From contig CAXXKA010000008.1 of NCBI GenBank assembly GCA_963668625.2, positions 1-64,000 of the forward strand: a stretch of 64,000 bases of DNA, in the 5' to 3' direction. The notes beneath the pieces are model-generated. The model was not told the origin of the DNA. It worked only from the letters and a program-made list of their open reading frames with translations, and did not search any database. The position numbers and the translations under genes were made by a program. How positions within the stretch are numbered: the first letter of the stretch is position 1; each line of letters starts with the position of its first letter. Positions 58,244 through 64,000 of this stretch are shown here, piece by piece. The DNA is from an uncultured candidate division Zixibacteria bacterium (GTDB taxonomy: Bacteria; Zixibacteria; MSB-5A5; UBA10806; 4484-95).

Positions 58244-60018
58244 TTTCCGCTAATCGTAACAGCATCCCTCACAGCATCCTCGCCCCCTATGGCTGTGATA
58301 AACGCCCAGGCAGCGGCATCCCCCATCGAGTTATCCGTAATCTGCGCCAGCCCGTTTATGGCATATCCGGTGGTTGCGCTTATATCCAAGTTGTGAAGGC
58401 CGGTGATATCGGTCAACCTGGTGTTGCCTCTTATCCACAGATGTCCATATCCCAGTTCCAGCCCTATCTCGCTCAGATGACTTAAGCCATCGATATTTTC
58501 CAGGTACCAGTTGTTGTGGATATCAAGGCTGCCGCCCATGTATGTCAGACCGCTAAGATCATCCAGATCGGTAAGGGCATGGTTTTGAAGCAGCCGTACA
58601 TTGCCATGCACATAATAGAGACTGCTTAAGGCCGAAATATCGTGAAGAGCATGGCAGTCCTCTATATAGAGATACTTACAACTGGTTATATGAGCCAGGC
58701 CGTTTAATGTCTGCAATTCGGGATTATACCACAGCGATATACCGCCTTCAACGATGCCAAGGCCATTTAAACCCTGCAGCGAGGATAGCCGGGTGTTATA
58801 CTGAATCGAGATACCTTCATCACCGACTACAGCGAGGTGTTCAAGATGCTCCAGAGTGGTCAGCGTATCGTTGTAGACAATATCAAGCCCGCCTACCCGG
58901 ACGACATTCAGGCCATCCAGAGTGAGTAGAGCGTCATTGTTGTTTATCTCCAGTTCGCCAACAACTGTGGTAATTCCCTCTAGGCCATTCAAGCTGGTGA
59001 GGTTTCCACAGGCTCCTACATTCACGTAGTCAACCACGCCGCCGATACCCTCCAGGCCCGTAAGCGAGTACAGCCCCGAACAACTGTAGATATCAACCGC
59101 GCCGGCCGAGGCAATTCCATTAAGCCCGCTAAAATTAATAAGAGAACTTAAATACTGTGCTTTAAAAATCCCACCAATCGAAACGAAATTCGGAAATACA
59201 AAACTTTGAACGGAATCACCTCGAATATCAAAATCCCCACCTACGACCTCAAGTGATGGAAACTCAATCACAGGCATAAAGTCATCGTAAATTGAAAAAT
59301 CCCCATTGACAGTTTTCAACTCGGACAGCCCATCACCGAAATCAAGCGATGAATTACCCTCGCTGTAATCAATCAACAAGCTACCGCCGATCCATTCGAG
59401 ATTGTTCAGGCCGGTTAAATCGGTAAGCATATAGTTAGGATTAATTGTTAAATCACCGGTAATCCCGGTGTACTGGGAATACGTGCCGATATCGCCGGTC
59501 GAGTCAATTGTGACATCGCCATTATAAATAGTACCACTGTGTCCTACTATGCCGTAACTGGAGAAACCGCTAATCTGGCAGGTAACGAACGAGGAATCCT
59601 CGATTACCGCATAGGGAATTATCGGCTGCCAGGAGTTCTCCACCGCCTTGTGTATGCCCAGCGTAGCCTCATCAACACCATCGGGGACATTATTTATATC
59701 GTAGCGAATAATTAAAGTAACAGGCAGGCTAAATATCATATCATCGGGGCCGAACTGATAGCAAGTACTCGATACCAGTCCCGGATCGTCGGGGTGATTA
59801 CTTTCCACACCAATCGTGATAGTAGTATCGCTATCAACAGCATCGGCCGGGATAATAAGAGTTATTACTGTATCAGCCGTGGTAAACGTACCACCCGCGG
59901 ATGTTATAGTAAATGATTCGAGATTCTCCTCCGGCGAGGTGGAATCGCTGCCGCAACCCACGATTATAAATGCCATACTCAGGATTAACATTAATAAAAT
60001 CACAAAACACTTATTCAT
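58240..60018 (-). CDS. Lipoprotein with ZU5-like domain and receptor-L-domain/LRR-like repeats
   Basis: Lipobox IVGC; AGGTF..IPADAV..YQFGPDDMIF..ISGFSSYG; repeated L.I..N..L.SL.GL..L..V.G. Start moved to ATG 60018 (SD GGAGAGG). Confidence 0.85.
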   Translation of the reverse strand: MNKCFVILLMLILSMAFIIVGCGSDSTSPEENLESFTITSAGGTFTTADTVITLIIPADAVDSDTTITIGVESNHPDDPGLVSSTCYQFGPDDMIFSLPVTLIIRYDINNVPDGVDEATLGIHKAVENSWQPIIPYAVIEDSSFVTCQISGFSSYGIVGHSGTIYNGDVTIDSTGDIGTYSQYTGITGDLTINPNYMLTDLTGLNNLEWIGGSLLIDYSEGNSSLDFGDGLSELKTVNGDFSIYDDFMPVIEFPSLEVVGGDFDIRGDSVQSFVFPNFVSIGGIFKAQYLSSLINFSGLNGIASAGAVDIYSCSGLYSLTGLEGIGGVVDYVNVGACGNLTSLNGLEGITTVVGELEINNNDALLTLDGLNVVRVGGLDIVYNDTLTTLEHLEHLAVVGDEGISIQYNTRLSSLQGLNGLGIVEGGISLWYNPELQTLNGLAHITSCKYLYIEDCHALHDISALSSLYYVHGNVRLLQNHALTDLDDLSGLTYMGGSLDIHNNWYLENIDGLSHLSEIGLELGYGHLWIRGNTRLTDITGLHNLDISATTGYAINGLAQITDNSMGDAAAWAFITAIGGEDAVRDAVTISGN

Positions 60019-60271
60019 ATTCCTCTCCAAAATTATATGGCGAATCGCCACGTGAATTAGCAGGGTTCATAGGAGCCCGTATTTTAAATATTAATAAAGT
60101 AAAAATTGAGGTTTGATGTCAATACAATTCAGTTTATTAGATGTATAATAATTGTATGGTAGAACGGAAGTTAATCTGAGCTATACAGCTATAATCTCCT
60201 AAACAAAAATAGAATTAAATATTTTAAATAATATGTTAACATTATGGGAAAATTAAATAGCCCGTTCAGCT

Positions 60272-63200
60272 CTAGCGTATCACGACGACTTTCCCGCCGG
60301 TGCTGCCGGAGGGGAAATTGATACTGTACAAATAAACGCCCGGCGCGAGTTCATCACCGTCATCGTTTTTAACATCCCACTGCCATTCATCGGGACCGAT
60401 ATCATTCTCATGCTTGACTATCTTGCCGCTTAAAGTGGCGATCACGATATCGGACTGTTCCACCAGGTTGGTGAAAGTAACGAAATTATGGCCGGCCTCG
60501 GGACGAAATGGATTCGGGTAGGGATGAATATCCAACTCCGCCGTAAACGCTATCGGGGCTGTCCAGATCATACCGTTGGAGCTTACGCGCCAGTAGTAGG
60601 TATTACCGGCGTCCAGAGGCTCTGAAACCTGCCAGCTTGTGGTTAAACCTGATGATTTAGCCACCGGGCCGGATTGAACCGGGTCAGAGAATCCCTCAGC
60701 CTGATCTACCTGGAAATAGTAGGTATCGATTTCCGGCAGATTGTTTACTTTAAAAACCGGTTGACTGGATTGAACCGCGTCGCCATCCTGCGGGAAAGCG
60801 CAATCGCTCGAGGCCAGTGTCTGGGCAACGCCGGTGAGAATATTGAACTGGGTCGAAATCGACCAGGCGCTGGTATCCGCGCCATCAGAGGCGATAGCGG
60901 CGACTCTCCAGAAATATGACACATTCTCCGAAAGCGAATTATAGGTAACGGTTGCCATGGTGTCAGCGGCCAAATCGACATTAAGCTGCGGCTCGGGATA
61001 ATCCTCCAGTGAATCCAACTCGAACACGTAATACAGTGAATGATACGAATCGACAATCTGGGCGGTCAGGGTGGCCGACCCATATACTGAGTCGACCACC
61101 GTGGCCATCGGCACAGGTACCGCGATACCATGCGCGTAACCTTCGGCTATATTCGATAGACCCGATTCTAAATCGACGTCATCGAAAGTTTTCACGGCAA
61201 TATAGTATGCCTCTCCCTCATCAAGGCCGCTTATAGTATGATTTTCCACACTACCGGGAGAGGCCGGCGAAGGGGGGTTGGCCGCCAATGTGGCCTGATC
61301 CCAGTTTCCGCCGTGAATGGGAGATTGCGAATAACGAATCTGATAGTGATCCGCCTGGCCCGAGTTTCCGTCATCGCCGGGAGCTGTCCAGCTTAACTCT
61401 ATCACGCCATCACTTTCACCCGGCAAAGCATTCAAGTCGAGAATATCACCGGGCGGCACGATATCGACATCGCAATCGCCCTCGACAGTATCGAGCCTGA
61501 GCGTATCGGCGCGGTTGGCGTCATCTATGGTGGTAACCAAAACCTCGGTCTCACCGCTTCTGGTAGCCCTGATAGTGAAATTATTGAAATTGGTCGAATC
61601 AGGACCGTCCTCGGCCGCGAACCAGTAGTTAATTATACCTGTCGCGTAACCATTGCTATTCGTGTTAGCGGTCATAACCGTCCGGCCGTAATTGTTGGTT
61701 ACCGTAATCGAAGCTCCGGCCACCGGGCATTCGTTATTCCCCAGTACCAGAATATCGTACTGATTCTGCATCGTGATCGTTCGTTCTCCCGAACCGCCAA
61801 CGAAATTGACATCATCATAGTTGGCATTACCCAGGTAGCCGACATTTCGGGCTTTATTACCCAGAGAGCTCAAGTCGAAACCGATGTTATAAGCATACTG
61901 TGTATTTCCAAAGGAATTTGAGGCATACTCGACCGTATCGCCCTCGATCAACAGATCCATACACTGGCCCCAGTTATCATAACCGCCAATCTGGTATCCA
62001 TGCTTCAAGACTTTCAGGTGGTTATTACGCCAGACATTTCCAGCGCCTTCCCAGGTATAACCATCGTTGTTGGTAATAGCGAACCTGGCACAGGTGGCCG
62101 TTTCGAAATCACTGCCCATTCCCTGTACCTCGATATAGTTGTTCTCATACACCAGGAAACTATCGGGATAACGTCCCTCCGGCCAGTCGCATCCGGAATC
62201 CCAGAACGAGACGACATCCACGGCCGTACCGTTAACACCATAGGATGAATTAGAGGTGTTACCCACCTGCACTACGAAACGGTTATCGTGAATGTTAACA
62301 TGCTTGTTGGCGTAACGAGATTTGAACGCTTTGGAGTTCAGATCCCAGTAATATTGATCATGTCCCCTATGCAGAATAACATCATTGTCGTAAATTTCCA
62401 CCGGGCTTTCGGCCGAGCCTACCGATAGCTGTAGAAGTATACCGCCATCACAACCCAGGCTTTCCTCTCCTGATCTTATGACGTTATTATATATTGCGCT
62501 ACCCGGTTGAAGTTTCTGGGTGATAATAGCGAATGAGTTTGCCGTATTGGCGCAAACTCCACCCGAGGGATAAGTGTAGAAATCGTTTCTGGCGTCGACT
62601 GTCAATTCACAATCGTAAACAAAACATTTTCCCTGGATAATCATACCCTGCCCGGGAGATTTCGTCAGGTTAACGCCATGGATTTTGAAATGGTAATCAT
62701 CCCCGCTTACCGGCTGAAGAGCCGAGTACAGGCGCGCTGCCGCACCGTCATACTGGCATCTACTGGTAAAGCCGGTAACATCGCTGGTCCAACTGCCACC
62801 GTTGAATTCGATATTCCATAAGCCCCAGCTACTGGAGGGACGCTCCAGACAATGGGCGTTGTTACCTTTGACATGGATGTTCGTGTTCTCGAAATAGATA
62901 TTACTACCGCCCGAGAAATTAACGGTTTTGTTGTAAGCCGCGTCATCGTTGGTGGCTGCGTGAAGAATCGTGCCGCCGATGATTTTGATATTATACGCGG
63001 TCATGCTGCTGCCGTCATTGTAACCGCTGCCATAGAATCTCAGACCGTAGTTGCTGTTACCATTGCCGGCGCCGAACGTTACGGTATCTGCGCCGAGATA
63101 GAGTACGATATCATGTCCCCTGATATCGATACCATTGGTGTTGGAGACCAGTTTTGTGCCGGCCACGTATAATGTCTCACTGAAATTCGTACCGCGCTGA

Positions 63201-63325
63201 CTGGCGGTATACGGCAGTGAGGTAATAGTGGTACTGCCGGCGAAAGCCGTACTCATCAACACCAGTAACGCAAGTAACGTACTCAGCGTTATCGCTGATG
63301 TTTTTAGATTAAATTTTATTGTCAT
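60272..63325 (-). CDS. Large secreted protein: beta-helix-like N-terminus, FN3 domains and C-terminal sorting-type domain
   Basis: Signal peptide; LSWTAPGDDG..YQIRYS; YFWRV and YYWRV; PYPNPFRP..LAPGVYLY..GKVVVIR. Confidence 0.82.
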   Translation of the reverse strand: MTIKFNLKTSAITLSTLLALLVLMSTAFAGSTTITSLPYTASQRGTNFSETLYVAGTKLVSNTNGIDIRGHDIVLYLGADTVTFGAGNGNSNYGLRFYGSGYNDGSSMTAYNIKIIGGTILHAATNDDAAYNKTVNFSGGSNIYFENTNIHVKGNNAHCLERPSSSWGLWNIEFNGGSWTSDVTGFTSRCQYDGAAARLYSALQPVSGDDYHFKIHGVNLTKSPGQGMIIQGKCFVYDCELTVDARNDFYTYPSGGVCANTANSFAIITQKLQPGSAIYNNVIRSGEESLGCDGGILLQLSVGSAESPVEIYDNDVILHRGHDQYYWDLNSKAFKSRYANKHVNIHDNRFVVQVGNTSNSSYGVNGTAVDVVSFWDSGCDWPEGRYPDSFLVYENNYIEVQGMGSDFETATCARFAITNNDGYTWEGAGNVWRNNHLKVLKHGYQIGGYDNWGQCMDLLIEGDTVEYASNSFGNTQYAYNIGFDLSSLGNKARNVGYLGNANYDDVNFVGGSGERTITMQNQYDILVLGNNECPVAGASITVTNNYGRTVMTANTNSNGYATGIINYWFAAEDGPDSTNFNNFTIRATRSGETEVLVTTIDDANRADTLRLDTVEGDCDVDIVPPGDILDLNALPGESDGVIELSWTAPGDDGNSGQADHYQIRYSQSPIHGGNWDQATLAANPPSPASPGSVENHTISGLDEGEAYYIAVKTFDDVDLESGLSNIAEGYAHGIAVPVPMATVVDSVYGSATLTAQIVDSYHSLYYVFELDSLEDYPEPQLNVDLAADTMATVTYNSLSENVSYFWRVAAIASDGADTSAWSISTQFNILTGVAQTLASSDCAFPQDGDAVQSSQPVFKVNNLPEIDTYYFQVDQAEGFSDPVQSGPVAKSSGLTTSWQVSEPLDAGNTYYWRVSSNGMIWTAPIAFTAELDIHPYPNPFRPEAGHNFVTFTNLVEQSDIVIATLSGKIVKHENDIGPDEWQWDVKNDDGDELAPGVYLYSINFPSGSTGGKVVVIR

Positions 63326-64000
63326 TACGGTTGCTCCTGTGTTTCTTCCTTGCCTTCATACATATACGGTTTTATAACGAAATCCCGGAACTCATTCGGG
63401 TTTCCGTCGTGCCCCCCTTCCGCTGCTTTAATTACGTTAAACGCCTCTCTTGTCGTCATATAATGTAATCGGTATTTACTGCTGTTTTTATACTTCTTTT
63501 CCACCTCTGTTAACATCTCGTCCATGTCCTCGCCCAGGTTTGCATCAAGCGCCCGGTACTTTTTAGCCGCGCCATGGGTTAATGTTCTCACGAATATCCA
63601 ATTAGGTCTGCCCTTTACATGGATATTCCCTTCAACCCACAGATCAAACCTCTCAGCGCTAGGTAACATGTCGGCGTAAATATCGCCGTCATCAATAGTT
63701 GGATGAGTCTTGAACCGCCAGTCGGACCAGTTTATCATCTGCGGCCCTACGAATATCATCAGATGATTGGCAAGCGGCTCCATACCGACCTCGCTTTGAA
63801 TGCCCCTATCGTACGATTTTGGTTTGTTCGGGTCATCCTTAGCATAGTAAATTTTGTTAATCCATGATGGTTGCGATTCTATTTGAAGCGAGGGAAACGT
63901 GGCATCGCAATAACACCCTAGCTCCATCAGGATAGTTAACTCATCATTGACACCGCAATAGTTATGGTCGCCCGAACCCCGTGAATTGTCCAGCGCCCAG
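63325..64000 (-). CDS. Hypothetical protein, 5' end outside the window
   Basis: Frame is open to the window edge (WALDNSRG..CGVNDELTILMELGCYCDATFPS); TAATG coupling to the next gene. Confidence 0.75.
   Translation of the reverse strand, partial: WALDNSRGSGDHNYCGVNDELTILMELGCYCDATFPSLQIESQPSWINKIYYAKDDPNKPKSYDRGIQSEVGMEPLANHLMIFVGPQMINWSDWRFKTHPTIDDGDIYADMLPSAERFDLWVEGNIHVKGRPNWIFVRTLTHGAAKKYRALDANLGEDMDEMLTEVEKKYKNSSKYRLHYMTTREAFNVIKAAEGGHDGNPNEFRDFVIKPYMYEGKEETQEQP

Noticed and set aside
1-64000. CRISPR array, tRNA/rRNA, integrase or prophage
   Set aside because: No regularly spaced repeats, RNA-gene signatures, recombinases or phage structural genes were seen

Overview
Ordinary, gene-dense bacterial chromosome segment. 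The many YPNPFN-type C-terminal sorting domains, dockerin-tailed proteins and a gingipain-like protein suggest an FCB-group organism such as Zixibacteria; this is an inference, not a database result. In order, the window holds: a mobile-element graveyard (1-1290); two MCP-cheW cassettes, one co-oriented with a porin; several secreted peptidases and adhesins; a roadblock-domain gene pair; a nitroreductase; lon; a 7-PAS hybrid kinase; recCBD; a three-gene signalling operon; an FmdB-type zinc-ribbon gene; a PHP/ATP-grasp pair; and surface lipoproteins. No rRNA, tRNA, CRISPR array, transposase or prophage was seen. Best leads: (1) a tightly coupled operon of cNMP-binding histidine kinase, DUF3307 membrane protein and a soluble-adenylyl-cyclase-like tandem cyclase-STAND-TPR protein, followed by a sigma54-type promoter and a lipoprotein; (2) a probable hidden selenoprotein (FS-TGA-G-TAA plus a SECIS-like hairpin); (3) a chemoreceptor with two extracytoplasmic CZB domains; (4) a 255-bp MITE with perfect 14-bp TIRs and a 9-bp TSD, with a second copy 48 kb away; (5) a C25 peptidase with Trp at the catalytic His position. 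All domain calls are by eye from motifs; no searches were run.
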